Source of the DNA: a virus
Strand: one strand, 5' to 3'
Virus record (IMG/VR): IMGVR_UViG_3300027714_000008
Location: 34,739 to 98,738 of that record
DNA: 64,000 nt
Of the stretch, positions 1 to 9,431 are shown piece by piece; position 1 is the first letter of the stretch; each line of letters begins with the position of its first letter. Under the pieces are notes generated by a model, which worked only from the letters and a program-made list of their open reading frames with translations, made no database searches and had not been told where the DNA came from. A program made the translations under genes and the position numbers.

Positions 1-1022
1 TTTTGATTTAAGGCAAGGTTACGTATAAATTTATTACGTCCTTCATGCTTTATTATAAATTCTATTTCCTTTTGATAATCGTTATTTGTATTATCAAGTC
101 TTGTTTCGTCTGCATACTTCAACATCAACATAGTAATTTTTAATTGAGCAAGGTCTCCAGCATCTTGTAACGTCTTTGTTTTTGTGACTTGGTAGACAGG
201 ACCAAACAAACCTTCTAACACTAGCTTGTGTGTCTGTGTACCATCTAAAGTTCCTGTAAGACCAAATCTATATTTTGCTTCTACTGCCTTGTTCATAATA
301 GACGACAAAGACTTTGATTTAAATCCATGACACTCATCACCAAATATCGCATCAAACTGATGAAACCATTTACGTGGCATTTTATATATCGATTGCCATG
401 TAGAAATTATCACACGTTTATTAGTATCTTTATCTTTACCAGAATATATTCTATGAACTTTTGCATCAGCATCGTATCCATAATCAGAAACATCTTTATA
501 CAACTGTTCAACCAACGATGTTGTAGGAACAATAATAAGTATTTTGTTCTTACACGTTGCTAAAATATACCTCATTAAAATATACATGATTAAAGATTTA
601 CCTGAACCAGTTGGAGATAGTAGAATAGCGTTCTTACGTCTAAGGCCAATCATAACTGCATCGTGCTGATATTCTCTAGGCGTGTACGGCATATTCAATA
701 AATTGTAGAACTCTAGCAAATGGTCTTCATTTATCTCGTCTAACACCGCTGGAAGCCCATACGCGGTCTCTATTGTATCCATGCTATACTTACGCTCTGC
801 ACAGAACTTAATAACATAAACGTAAAGTCCAGAAGACAACTCGCCATTCATAGAATTGTATAGACGTATCTTTCCGTCCCAAACCTTTGCTTTAAAGGCT
901 GGCATAAATTTGTAACCTGGTACAAAAAAGGAAAAGTAATCACTTAGCTCTTGAGCAATACCAAGGTCACAGTCTATCGTGAGCATGCTATAGTCTTTAA
1001 GCTCTAATGTAATATCAGCCAC
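1..1022 (-). CDS. uvsW: UvsW DNA helicase (3' part runs off the window)
   Basis: Manual translation from GTG at 1022 gives MADITLELKDYS...YFSFFVPGYKFMPAFKAKVWDGKIRL, then Walker A SPTGSGKS, DECH and GLTGT SF2 motifs; lies next to uvsY. Confidence 0.95.
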   Translation of the reverse strand, partial: MADITLELKDYSMLTIDCDLGIAQELSDYFSFFVPGYKFMPAFKAKVWDGKIRLYNSMNGELSSGLYVYVIKFCAERKYSMDTIETAYGLPAVLDEINEDHLLEFYNLLNMPYTPREYQHDAVMIGLRRKNAILLSPTGSGKSLIMYILMRYILATCKNKILIIVPTTSLVEQLYKDVSDYGYDADAKVHRIYSGKDKDTNKRVIISTWQSIYKMPRKWFHQFDAIFGDECHGFKSKSLSSIMNKAVEAKYRFGLTGTLDGTQTHKLVLEGLFGPVYQVTKTKTLQDAGDLAQLKITMLMLKYADETRLDNTNNDYQKEIEFIIKHEGRNKFIRNLALNQ

Positions 1023-1266
1023 TAATATAAGAACCTTTTGGTCTGTACCATTGTTTCTGATCGTGTAGTCTACCTAGGAGATTTTCTATCTTACTAAGCT
1101 CAGTACCTTCAGCACGACCTTCACCATACACTCGCACATTTGCGTCTGTTGGAGTTACATCAAGGGTATACCTTCTGGACAGCTTTGCCACGTACATTCG
1201 TAATGCGTGATCTATAATATCCAAATCTTCTACATCTAATTTAAATGTATCGTTGTGCTTACTCAT
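1015..1266 (-). CDS. Hypothetical protein (83 aa)
   Basis: ORF overlaps both uvsY and uvsW; C-terminus LLGRLHDQKQWYRPK. Confidence 0.7.
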   Translation of the reverse strand: MSKHNDTFKLDVEDLDIIDHALRMYVAKLSRRYTLDVTPTDANVRVYGEGRAEGTELSKIENLLGRLHDQKQWYRPKGSYISG

Positions 1267-1709
1267 TATCCACCTGCTTCAAAAGTTTTCCATTTAATCA
1301 TATTACCAATTGTCTGATGTCGCCAATTAATATTAGATACTATTTCACTCAAGGTACTTATAACAGTTTTCCAATACTCAAGTTTCTCTATTGATTTTTG
1401 AATATCAGTATCAGCGTTATAGTAGTAGTCCATTTCACCCTTTAATACTTTAAGACCATGAAAAGGATCGTACTCCCAACCATTAGCCACAATATCATCG
1501 CCAGACATTTTACCATTATAGTAAAGCCATTTTTGCTTTAGTAATATCTTTTGAGATTGTTCTGATCTCTTAGACATCAGTTTAGCCTCTGAGAGAAGTC
1601 TCAAATACTTGGCGTGTAGTTTTGGGGTAAGTCTTGAAGCTTCGTCTAGCTTTGTATTAATTTGGCAATCTTCTTGCCACATATCTAAAATCACATTTAA
1701 GTCTATCAT
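1266..1709 (-). CDS. uvsY: UvsY recombination mediator
   Basis: LDEASRLTPKLHAKY, KWLYYNGK and RHQTIGNMIKWKTFEAG motifs; synteny g3-uvsY-uvsW. Confidence 0.9.
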   Translation of the reverse strand: MIDLNVILDMWQEDCQINTKLDEASRLTPKLHAKYLRLLSEAKLMSKRSEQSQKILLKQKWLYYNGKMSGDDIVANGWEYDPFHGLKVLKGEMDYYYNADTDIQKSIEKLEYWKTVISTLSEIVSNINWRHQTIGNMIKWKTFEAGG

Positions 1710-1725
1710 AATAATCCTTCATATT

Positions 1726-2286
1726 TTATCTAATTTCAAAGTAAGTATACCTGAAGTTAACAGGATATGCAATGTTTTGTTCAGTAGACACCGCTTCAAA
1801 GTTTACAGAGCCTATCGATGTTGGCATACAGTCTATATATCTTATTTGTTTGAGTGTGTTATTGGCACTTGATAATACTGACAATGTAATGTCTGCATAC
1901 GTTGGTGGGCTAACATCATAGTCCACAGTACCACTTAATCCCATAGGTCTTTTTTCTTTTGTTTCTACTAATCTCTCAAGCCAATTCTGCATCTCTTGAT
2001 ATGAATTTAATTCTTCATCAAGGATAACATTAACACTAAGCTCTCCGAATGATATTTTATCTGGTGCAAAAGGCACTGAACTCACACGTGAATATGGTAA
2101 CTCTACAGCAGATGCAGTCATGTCAGGATGCGTAAACGATTGCGCAAAGTATTCTAAGTTTGGAAAATTCTTACGATTGATCAACATCTTAAAGCCTGTT
2201 GGCTGTAAAAAGTTAGTAGTTGTCAAAGTGCTTATGTTCTTTTTTGGATTCAAGACACTTGTATTAACTGGATTTAACTGAGGCAT
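1726..2286 (-). CDS. g3: Tail completion / sheath stabiliser gp3
   Basis: NFLQPTGFK, LSVNVILDEEL.SYQEMQNW and FRYTYFEI motifs; late promoter upstream. Confidence 0.85.
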   Translation of the reverse strand: MPQLNPVNTSVLNPKKNISTLTTTNFLQPTGFKMLINRKNFPNLEYFAQSFTHPDMTASAVELPYSRVSSVPFAPDKISFGELSVNVILDEELNSYQEMQNWLERLVETKEKRPMGLSGTVDYDVSPPTYADITLSVLSSANNTLKQIRYIDCMPTSIGSVNFEAVSTEQNIAYPVNFRYTYFEIR

Positions 2287-2313
2287 AATCGTATCCTATT
2301 TTTCTTACACTTA

Positions 2314-2321
2314 TATTTATA
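2314..2321 (-). promoter_or_regulatory. T4-type late promoter TATAAATA for g3
   Basis: Exact TATAAATA on the minus strand about 30 nt upstream of the g3 start. Confidence 0.8.
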
Positions 2322-2362
2322 AGGTAAATTAAAGGGTTTATTTGAAACAATGAAAATAGTAG

Positions 2363-2393
2363 TTGACATTATCCTAGTTTTCTATATAAAGAT
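2363..2393 (+). promoter_or_regulatory. Sigma70-like early promoter
   Basis: TTGACA-16-TATAAA(GAT), followed by an AAGGA RBS and ATG at 2419. Confidence 0.65.
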
Positions 2394-2418
2394 TATAGAA
2401 ACAATAAGGAAATGTATT

Positions 2419-2628
2419 ATGTCAAATGCTTATATTGTAACAGGTTCACAAGATGGTATCATTAGTGTTTTCACTAGTTGGAAAAAAGCAACTGTAGTAG
2501 CACTAAAATATTGTGGTGAAGAAGGTCAAGAAGTATATCGAGATGACAATGATGATCGTGCATGGACTGTCCGATACTTCGAAGGATGGAATGGAGAAGC
2601 CCACATTGAACGTTGGTACATGAAATAG
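2419..2628 (+). CDS. Hypothetical early protein
   Basis: RBS and promoter favour the start at 2419 (MSNAYIVTG) over 2350. Confidence 0.7.
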   Translation: MSNAYIVTGSQDGIISVFTSWKKATVVALKYCGEEGQEVYRDDNDDRAWTVRYFEGWNGEAHIERWYMK

Positions 2629-2634
2629 TATGTG

Positions 2635-2666
2635 TTGACAAATAAAATCATATGTGATATAAAGAT
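2635..2666 (+). promoter_or_regulatory. Sigma70-like early promoter
   Basis: TTGACA-17-TATAAA(GAT), followed by a GGAGG RBS. Confidence 0.7.
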
Positions 2667-2705
2667 AATGTGAGTTAAATTTTTAATAATCTTGGAGGAT
2701 TATAG

Positions 2706-3014
2706 ATGAAGTTACTTAAGTCTCAACGTGAAGCTCTTTCATATGCAGTCTCTTATTATGACGCATATTGGAGAACCTATGATCAAATCGTAGTAGCTCC
2801 TGAAATCTACATTAAGAAAGGTTTTCATTCTAGCTGCTCTAAAGCAGATGTGAAATACTACTTGGATATGGAAAAGCTGATAGATGCTGGCGTGATTGCG
2901 CGTCAAACATATACGCCTATGGGCAATAAGCGATCCGAGTGTGATAATCATGCGGCTCATATCATCGACCATGAAAAGGTGCGTGAGATGTGTAGGACAG
3001 GAGTTGTAGCATGA
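2706..3014 (+). CDS. Hypothetical early protein
   Basis: 102-aa ORF with a GGAGG RBS. Confidence 0.75.
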   Translation: MKLLKSQREALSYAVSYYDAYWRTYDQIVVAPEIYIKKGFHSSCSKADVKYYLDMEKLIDAGVIARQTYTPMGNKRSECDNHAAHIIDHEKVREMCRTGVVA

Positions 3015-3160
3015 GAAGTTGGTCGGTGATTGCTAGTAGTAAATGGTCTACAGAAAAGACATCTGGCTTGACATACAGTGAGGCACGTGAGTTACATTCA
3101 ACACACCATATATCAGGTAAATGGTATATGGTGCAATCATTCTTAGAAGGAACAAAATAA
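3011..3160 (+). CDS. Small hypothetical protein (49 aa, MRSWSVIASSKW...)
   Basis: ATGA overlap with the upstream gene, AGGAG RBS, and TAATG coupling to the next ORF. Confidence 0.55.
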   Translation: MRSWSVIASSKWSTEKTSGLTYSEARELHSTHHISGKWYMVQSFLEGTK

Positions 3161-3351
3161 TGAGTTCTGCATATAAAATTAAACCAAGAGATGAGGTTAC
3201 AACTAAAGAAAGTATACTTATTGCTGAATTCTTAAAAAACAATGCTGTCACAAAAATTAAAACTGGACACACTGTCACTGGATCACAAAGGTTTAAAGAA
3301 GACAAAAAGAATGAGGTGTATTACAAAAAATATAATGGTAGTAAGACATAA
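3160..3351 (+). CDS. Small hypothetical protein (MSSAYKIKPR...)
   Basis: TAATG coupling and AAGGA RBS; ends at the terminator pair. Confidence 0.55.
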   Translation: MSSAYKIKPRDEVTTKESILIAEFLKNNAVTKIKTGHTVTGSQRFKEDKKNEVYYKKYNGSKT

Positions 3352-3375
3352 AAAAAGCCCACCGAAGTGAGCTTT
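3350..3375 (-). terminator. Rho-independent terminator after g23 (UUCG tetraloop)
   Basis: Minus strand reads AAAGCTCAC-TTCG-GTGGGCTTT followed by a T run. Confidence 0.8.
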
Positions 3376-3383
3376 AATTAAGT

Positions 3384-3412
3384 GGGATAGGTTAAACACC
3401 TATCCCTTTTTT
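3384..3412 (+). terminator. Rho-independent terminator for the plus-strand island
   Basis: GGGATAGGT-TAAAC-ACCTATCCC-TTTTTT. Confidence 0.8.
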
Positions 3413-3419
3413 GTATTTC

Positions 3420-4775
3420 TTACTGTAGGATGTTGTCTACACGGAAGATTCGGTAGTATTGGTTAGTCTTAGCAGTAGCTAATCCGTCATTTGGTGTTGA
3501 ACCAACGAATGGGTTTGAGACCATGCCGTAGCGTGTCTTAAATCCGATTTTCGGTTGGAAGTCATTCTCACCAACTGCACGAACCATAGTTAATGGTACG
3601 TATGGGCAATAGAAGATACCAGCATCGTATGCGTTTGTACCTTTATAGCCTACAGTTACGTAATCTGCAACTGCATATGGATCGATGTACACACGTGTAC
3701 GACCATTCATAACACCAGCGAATGTGTTGCCTGTATCGTCTACTTGTAGATCTACTGACAATGCTGGAGTATAATCCAACATACCAGAAGCCGCTAATGC
3801 AGAAGCTACGTCAGATGAACATAGGATGAAGTTACCCTTGCCGCGACGTGTTTCTTTTGCAATTACGTTAGCTTCACGTTCGATCTGCATGATCAAACCT
3901 TTGAACTTCTCTACTGACCAACGACCATCTGCATCTGTTGACAAGTCAAAGATACCTTGGATAGCAACGTTAGTTGACAATGCACCAGTTTTAGCTTGGC
4001 TGTTGATTGAACGAATTACTTCGCGGTTAATCTCAGCTAAGATTTCTGTTGACAAGATGTTAGCTAATTCAGTTTCAGCGTCTAAGCCGTGAATTGCTTT
4101 CAAGTCTTGTGCAAGCTCTAATGAGTATTCAGCTTTCAAAGCACGTGATTTTGCAGTCACAGTAGCTTTTTCAATTGTGAAACCCATCTCGTTGAAAGTA
4201 GAAGCTGTGCTACCTAATCCTTCTGCGTCGCCTGTTGGCATACCACCAGCAAATATTGGACCTGTACGCTCATTGTTGATTGAGCTGTCTTTTAGGTTGT
4301 ATGAATTAGCTACACCAGAAGTTGCAGACGAGTCATCTGTTAAACCATTTAAGCCAGATGCACCAGCACTTTGTGTCACACTTGAGTCACCAGAGAATAC
4401 TGTATCTGCTTCGTTGAATAAAGCTTCTGTTGAACCAGTTGTACCAGCTGTATAACGTGACTTCATTGCAAAGATCAAGCCAGTTGGACCTGTCATTGGC
4501 TGTACACCACATAAATCGTATGCGATCATGTTTGGCATTGAACGACGTACTAAAGAGATTAAAACTGGATCCCAATTAGCTGCAGAAGAACCAACGTTGT
4601 TTGGTGTTTCCGCTAAGAAACCTGATTGAGCACGCTCTTCATTTAGTGCTTTCTCTTGGTTTTCTAAAGTGACAGCAGTAACCGAACGGCGATGCTTGTC
4701 TTTGATTGAAGGCGCAGATTCTTCATTAAGAACTGGTGCCCATTTTTTGACTAAACTGTCATATGATTCCATCAT
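3420..4775 (-). CDS. g23: Major capsid protein gp23
   Basis: KWAPVL, GVQPMTGPTGLIFAM, KSRALKAEYSLELAQDLKAIHGLDAE and FQPKIGFKTRYG motifs. Confidence 0.99.
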   Translation of the reverse strand: MMESYDSLVKKWAPVLNEESAPSIKDKHRRSVTAVTLENQEKALNEERAQSGFLAETPNNVGSSAANWDPVLISLVRRSMPNMIAYDLCGVQPMTGPTGLIFAMKSRYTAGTTGSTEALFNEADTVFSGDSSVTQSAGASGLNGLTDDSSATSGVANSYNLKDSSINNERTGPIFAGGMPTGDAEGLGSTASTFNEMGFTIEKATVTAKSRALKAEYSLELAQDLKAIHGLDAETELANILSTEILAEINREVIRSINSQAKTGALSTNVAIQGIFDLSTDADGRWSVEKFKGLIMQIEREANVIAKETRRGKGNFILCSSDVASALAASGMLDYTPALSVDLQVDDTGNTFAGVMNGRTRVYIDPYAVADYVTVGYKGTNAYDAGIFYCPYVPLTMVRAVGENDFQPKIGFKTRYGMVSNPFVGSTPNDGLATAKTNQYYRIFRVDNILQ

Positions 4776-4799
4776 TGGATGTATTCCTATTAATTAAAT

Positions 4800-5720
4800 T
4801 TACTGGGTTGATTTGATTGCGGCAACGTAACGCTGCATTGATTCTGATAACTCTACCTGAGTAGTTGTGTCATCTTCAATCAATTCTTCGCTTGTTGTAG
4901 CTTTTTTGGCAAAGACAGATTCTTTAATGGTTGCAACTTTATTTGCAAATTCATTATCGAAATCGTAACCTTCAACCATGGTGCGTAATTTGTCAACTTG
5001 TGTGTCAGCTAAATCACTTGACGCTTCACGGATAGCCGCTTCACGTAAATGGTGTGCAACTTCAGCTTTAGATGCAAGTAATTGCTCTGTAGCTTCGTTT
5101 AATTTAGCTGATAATGTATCAACACTTTCTGCAAGATCATCTACTAGATCAACTTTGGCTTCTGGGATGTCTACATAAGATTCAGTGAACAAGGTCTTTA
5201 AACCTGTCATAAAGTCTTCTGCTATTTCCGCACGGAGACCTGATTGGATTGCCAATTGGTTCTCTTCTACCCAAGCTTCAACAACGTAGTTGAGATAGCT
5301 ATCAACTTTTTCAACAAGCTCTGCTTTAGTAGCGGATACTTCTTCATCAAGTTGAGTGGCATATGATTCTTCCAAACGATCAACTTCTTCTGCAAGCTTT
5401 GCTTTCACATTAGCTTCAAAGATAATAGTTGCTTTAGCTTTAAACTCTCCTGAAAGAGTTGCCTCAGATTCTACTAATGAGTTAAGTTCGTCATGGAAGT
5501 CTACTTGTAAGTCTGCAGCTTCTGTGGCTACCACTTTATCCATTTTTTCAGCTTTCGCTGAATTTGATTTGTCGCCCTTGCGCTTTTTAGCTTTGGGGCT
5601 TTTGCCTTCTGCAGCTTTTACTGAAGCTATTGAGGCTTCTTCTGCGTTCTTCGGATCGTGAGCTTCTTCGATTTCATTCTCGTCGAGCACCACATCCTGG
5701 TCTTGGATTTGATCAGTCAT
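4800..5720 (-). CDS. g22: Prohead scaffold protein gp22
   Basis: Acidic coiled coil with KVDSYLNYVVEAW; lies between g21 and g23. Confidence 0.93.
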   Translation of the reverse strand: MTDQIQDQDVVLDENEIEEAHDPKNAEEASIASVKAAEGKSPKAKKRKGDKSNSAKAEKMDKVVATEAADLQVDFHDELNSLVESEATLSGEFKAKATIIFEANVKAKLAEEVDRLEESYATQLDEEVSATKAELVEKVDSYLNYVVEAWVEENQLAIQSGLRAEIAEDFMTGLKTLFTESYVDIPEAKVDLVDDLAESVDTLSAKLNEATEQLLASKAEVAHHLREAAIREASSDLADTQVDKLRTMVEGYDFDNEFANKVATIKESVFAKKATTSEELIEDDTTTQVELSESMQRYVAAIKSTQ

Positions 5721-5729
5721 GTATGACTC

Positions 5730-6392
5730 CTAATAAGTTATATTTTTCAGTTCCGAGAGGAAATTCTTAAACTCACGAGCCTGTACCTCATAGAGGTCAG
5801 TTCGAGAAGCCTTTTTAATTTCAGTCTCCATTTTTTCAATTACCTGAGATTCGATAATGCCGTTGTTCCAAACCCACTCCACACCTTCCATAATTCCATT
5901 GACAAAAGCCGTTGGAGCTGATGGATCTTGTACAATATCAACTGTACTAAGAATGAAGTCATCTTTGACATACATTACGCCGTTACGATTCTCAAGACTA
6001 CCCATACCACGAGTTGACACACCTAGTTGAACGCCACCATCAAGAAGACCTTTTACAATCTGCCCCATAGGAGTTTCCAATATGCGTGCTTTTCCTACAA
6101 CATCATTTCCATTCCAATCAAGGCTTTCTATGATGTGCGAAACTTTATCAAGATTTACAGTGGGACCTTCTGGATGGTTAAGTTCTCCAACTGCACGTCT
6201 TGTTTTTACCTGTTCTGTAACGTATTTATTAACGGCTGATTCCATGATCTTCCGTGGATAAACTCGTCCATTTCTATTCTTTGATTCTGATTGCATAAAG
6301 ACGCCTTCAATAAAGTGGTCTTTACCACCTTCTGCTTTGGCCTCTGAAAAACATTCAAGATTATTATCTGTGTATTCTGCAATCAGTTTCAT
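5730..6392 (-). CDS. g21: Prohead protease gp21
   Basis: NRNGRVYP, GELNHP, GVSTRGMGS and DIVQDPSAP motifs. Confidence 0.97.
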   Translation of the reverse strand: MKLIAEYTDNNLECFSEAKAEGGKDHFIEGVFMQSESKNRNGRVYPRKIMESAVNKYVTEQVKTRRAVGELNHPEGPTVNLDKVSHIIESLDWNGNDVVGKARILETPMGQIVKGLLDGGVQLGVSTRGMGSLENRNGVMYVKDDFILSTVDIVQDPSAPTAFVNGIMEGVEWVWNNGIIESQVIEKMETEIKKASRTDLYEVQAREFKNFLSELKNITY

Positions 6393-6396
6393 TCTA

Positions 6397-6687
6397 TTAT
6401 CCTCTAGGGAAATCTACTGGTGAAAGCTTTACGGCTGTATTTGCCGCAAATATCTCATCAGACTTTGCTTTGATAACGACAACAGATTCCATAGGAGCTA
6501 ATGTCATTGATCCTTTAAGTACGTTTCCAGCAGTTTGTATAGTCACAAGATAAGCTGTGGTTGCATTAGTATTAACACAACGTACTGTTCTGGCTTTATT
6601 TATATTCAATAATGCTGGCACTCCAGCTGAGTCAGTGTGTACAGCCGCTGCAATTTCTGCGCCTGTGGGTGTTACAAAGTTTACCAT
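6397..6687 (-). CDS. Hypothetical protein, possibly virion-associated
   Basis: 96-aa ORF in the head operon. Confidence 0.7.
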   Translation of the reverse strand: MVNFVTPTGAEIAAAVHTDSAGVPALLNINKARTVRCVNTNATTAYLVTIQTAGNVLKGSMTLAPMESVVVIKAKSDEIFAANTAVKLSPVDFPRG

Positions 6688-6888
6688 TTACTTACCTGTC
6701 TTTAATTGTTTGATGAACTCTTTAGCCATTTTCTCAGCAGTCTTTTGATTAGGAAAAGTGTCAAACTTGTCGCCGTCTATAGACACATCAATCATACCTT
6801 GCTTACTAGATGTGAATACAACTGGGTATCCATTAATCTTTTTACTTGTGGATTTAAGTCCAGCTCTTAGTTCTTTTAAGGTTTTCAT
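6688..6888 (-). CDS. Hypothetical protein in the head operon
   Basis: 66-aa ORF downstream of the late promoter at 6911-6918. Confidence 0.65.
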   Translation of the reverse strand: MKTLKELRAGLKSTSKKINGYPVVFTSSKQGMIDVSIDGDKFDTFPNQKTAEKMAKEFIKQLKTGK

Positions 6889-6910
6889 TTCAATCCCATT
6901 CAGTTATCTT

Positions 6911-6918
6911 TATTTATA
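6911..6918 (-). promoter_or_regulatory. Late promoter TATAAATA
   Basis: Exact motif in an intergenic gap. Confidence 0.8.
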
Positions 6919-6957
6919 CAAAAATAAGTTTACAACTTTAATTAATTCCAACCTTCT

Positions 6958-7233
6958 TTAATCTTCATCATCATCATCATCTTCATCATCGTCCTCATCG
7001 TCGTCATCGTCGTCGTCAGACTCTTCTTCTGTTTCATCGTCGTCTAATTCTAAATCCTCAGGATCGACATCTTCTACATCATCTGGCAATTCACCAAATA
7101 TATGTCCTGCCGCAACGACCTTTTGTTGGGCTAAAGCATCATCGATACGTTGACCCATCATTTGTTCAAAGCTATTTTCTGCTGCATTAAAATCTTTATC
7201 TACAACACTGTCTATAAAATCTTGTGTACTCAT
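6958..7233 (-). CDS. Acidic prohead core protein, gp67-like
   Basis: Small protein with a poly-Asp/Glu tail directly after the portal gene, the g67 position. Confidence 0.7.
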   Translation of the reverse strand: MSTQDFIDSVVDKDFNAAENSFEQMMGQRIDDALAQQKVVAAGHIFGELPDDVEDVDPEDLELDDDETEEESDDDDDDDEDDDEDDDDDED

Positions 7234-7248
7234 TATAATCACCTTTGT

Positions 7249-8811
7249 TTATTCGTCTTCTTTTTCATCAGACTGATTGTTATTATCTACTTCTTTATCT
7301 TCTTTATCTTTAGGGTCTTCAACTTCGCCTACTTTTATTTCAGCACCAATTTGATCGCCCATTTCTTTAATCTGTTGTTCATCAAAGTGAAGAACATTTT
7401 TCATAATCCATTCTTTAGAGAAGTATTCACCAGCATATGATTGAACTTCATTTAATATACCTAGGCGTCCCTGTAGAATTTCTGTTTCTTTCAATTCTGT
7501 AAAGTGATTGTCACGAACAAAATCGATATTGATATTAGATTTCCAATCGTCCCAATCTTCTTGGACTATGATTTGTTTTAGAAGTAGTTGCTTCTTTAGT
7601 ATGTTTAAGAACAAAGAAGAAAAACGACGACGTAGTTTGTCGATAAACTTTTGAAATTTAAGTTCTTCTCTGCTTATTTCAGACGATCTACCTAATTGGA
7701 ACGTGGACTCTTGCTCTAGTCTTTGTACTGGAACATTTAATGCACGATATAATTTCTTTTGAAAGTATATGATGTCTTCGATTTGACCTAGATTATCACC
7801 ACCGGGTAGTGTACTAATCTCTGTGCCTTTACCGCCTTCACGACGTGGAAGCCAGAAATCTTCTAGCATAGACATGTGCTTGCGATCATCCTTGACTTCA
7901 CCAGTGGTTGCATCATAGACAATTTTATTCTTATAACGAGCCATGATGTTTTTCATGTACTCTTCGGCTTTACCACGCGGTAAGTTACCGACATCAACGT
8001 AGAATATTCTACGCTCAGGTGCACGTGCCAAACGATAGATAACTAATGAGTCTTCCATCATTCTTAATTGGTTGATAGGCTTTAACGCCTTATGTAGATA
8101 TGATACTACTTTTTTACGATGCTCATCAAGCAATCCAGATGTCACATAGCTTATCGCATCTACGTTTATCTTGACAACGTTTGTAGCTACGTTTCCAGGC
8201 TTTTCTTCGTAGACAAAAAACTCACTTACTTTCTCTACAATGTCAGCATTAGTAACAGGATCTTTCTTTTTCTTAATCTCTTTTACTTTGCGAATTTTAG
8301 TCGCATCGATAGGACGAATTTCTTGTATACCAGCTTTTAAGTTGGCTTCATTAACAACTAGGTGATGCACCATTCTGCCGTCAATATACCAACGTTTAAA
8401 CATATCAGAACCTAAATCTGAAAAGTTTAACATAGAAACAACATCATCAAATTCAGTAAAGATTTGTTTCTTAACCTTGTCACTCATACCTTTGATCTTA
8501 TCAAGGTTTACTTTGACAGGAGCTTCAAGTTCAGATGTGCTTACCGCTTCGTTACAAATCTCATCAATTGCCATATCCACTTCTGGGTGCATGCCAACTG
8601 CCCTGTATCTTTGGACTAACTCTACAGAACCTTTTGCGTTATCGCCTTCAAAATCAATGTACTGACCTGTGTGTGAACCAGATGCAGTTACGTAACCAGC
8701 ACCATCATCGTCGATAGGTGGTACAATTGAGGGTAACTTTACTTTAGCCTGTGCATTCTTTTCTGCTTTACGCAGTTCAAAACCAAATAATTTAACTATT
8801 GGACCAGCCAT
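7249..8811 (-). CDS. g20: Portal protein gp20
   Basis: LRMMEDSLVIYRLARAPERRIFY and EDFWLPRREGGKGTEI motifs. Confidence 0.99.
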   Translation of the reverse strand: MAGPIVKLFGFELRKAEKNAQAKVKLPSIVPPIDDDGAGYVTASGSHTGQYIDFEGDNAKGSVELVQRYRAVGMHPEVDMAIDEICNEAVSTSELEAPVKVNLDKIKGMSDKVKKQIFTEFDDVVSMLNFSDLGSDMFKRWYIDGRMVHHLVVNEANLKAGIQEIRPIDATKIRKVKEIKKKKDPVTNADIVEKVSEFFVYEEKPGNVATNVVKINVDAISYVTSGLLDEHRKKVVSYLHKALKPINQLRMMEDSLVIYRLARAPERRIFYVDVGNLPRGKAEEYMKNIMARYKNKIVYDATTGEVKDDRKHMSMLEDFWLPRREGGKGTEISTLPGGDNLGQIEDIIYFQKKLYRALNVPVQRLEQESTFQLGRSSEISREELKFQKFIDKLRRRFSSLFLNILKKQLLLKQIIVQEDWDDWKSNINIDFVRDNHFTELKETEILQGRLGILNEVQSYAGEYFSKEWIMKNVLHFDEQQIKEMGDQIGAEIKVGEVEDPKDKEDKEVDNNNQSDEKEDE

Positions 8812-8869
8812 AATATATCCTTCTAAGTGTAAGTAAAGAGGGGCAAGTTAATCACCCCTCTAATATCTT

Positions 8870-8877
8870 TATTTATA
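8870..8877 (-). promoter_or_regulatory. Late promoter TATAAATA for g20
   Basis: Exact motif; an AGAGGGG/CCCCTCT hairpin lies in the leader (about 8837-8861). Confidence 0.75.
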
Positions 8878-8885
8878 ACAGCTTT

Positions 8886-9416
8886 TTAGCTAGTTACGCC
8901 AGCCGCTTCCCAATACTGTATCTGGAATTCGACTTGGAATTCTTCGATGACATCAGTAGCTCCATAACTAAGATCAATTGGTGATACATTCGTAGGAAAA
9001 CAACCACGGAAGTTGTATGTCTTAAGTGATGAACCATCTTTATCAAGTTGTTCAACGATAAGATCTGCTGAATAATCATTCACACTTGTCAAGCCAGTGT
9101 TTGCTTGATGGTTGTTCATGCCATTCATCCAACGTTCCATTGAGTCACGTACAACAAAGTCTGTGTCATTGATAATAGTCGGTGTCCATACATCAAATGT
9201 ACGATCGCCAGCCATTTTTAACTGTCGTCCACGAAATGGTACTATGATAGTACCAAGTATAGACCCAGGAAGCTGTGCCGCTGAACAAAGGAATGAAGTA
9301 ATTTCTACATCACCTTGTGCATAAGCAGGAAAGTTTATGGTTGCTTTGAATAGATTTGGTCTAGCTCCGCCACCTCTTAGTTTTGACTTAAAGTCATCAA
9401 CGCCTAATATTGCCAT
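8886..9416 (-). CDS. g19: Tail tube protein gp19
   Basis: GGGARPNLF, PFRGRQLKMAGDRTFD.W and IEEFQVEFQIQYWE motifs. Confidence 0.97.
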   Translation of the reverse strand: MAILGVDDFKSKLRGGGARPNLFKATINFPAYAQGDVEITSFLCSAAQLPGSILGTIIVPFRGRQLKMAGDRTFDVWTPTIINDTDFVVRDSMERWMNGMNNHQANTGLTSVNDYSADLIVEQLDKDGSSLKTYNFRGCFPTNVSPIDLSYGATDVIEEFQVEFQIQYWEAAGVTS

Positions 9417-9431
9417 TTTCTAATATCTCCC

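Noticed and set aside
6958-7045. TCA/TCG trinucleotide microsatellite
   Set aside because: It simply encodes the poly-Asp/Glu tail of the gp67-like protein.
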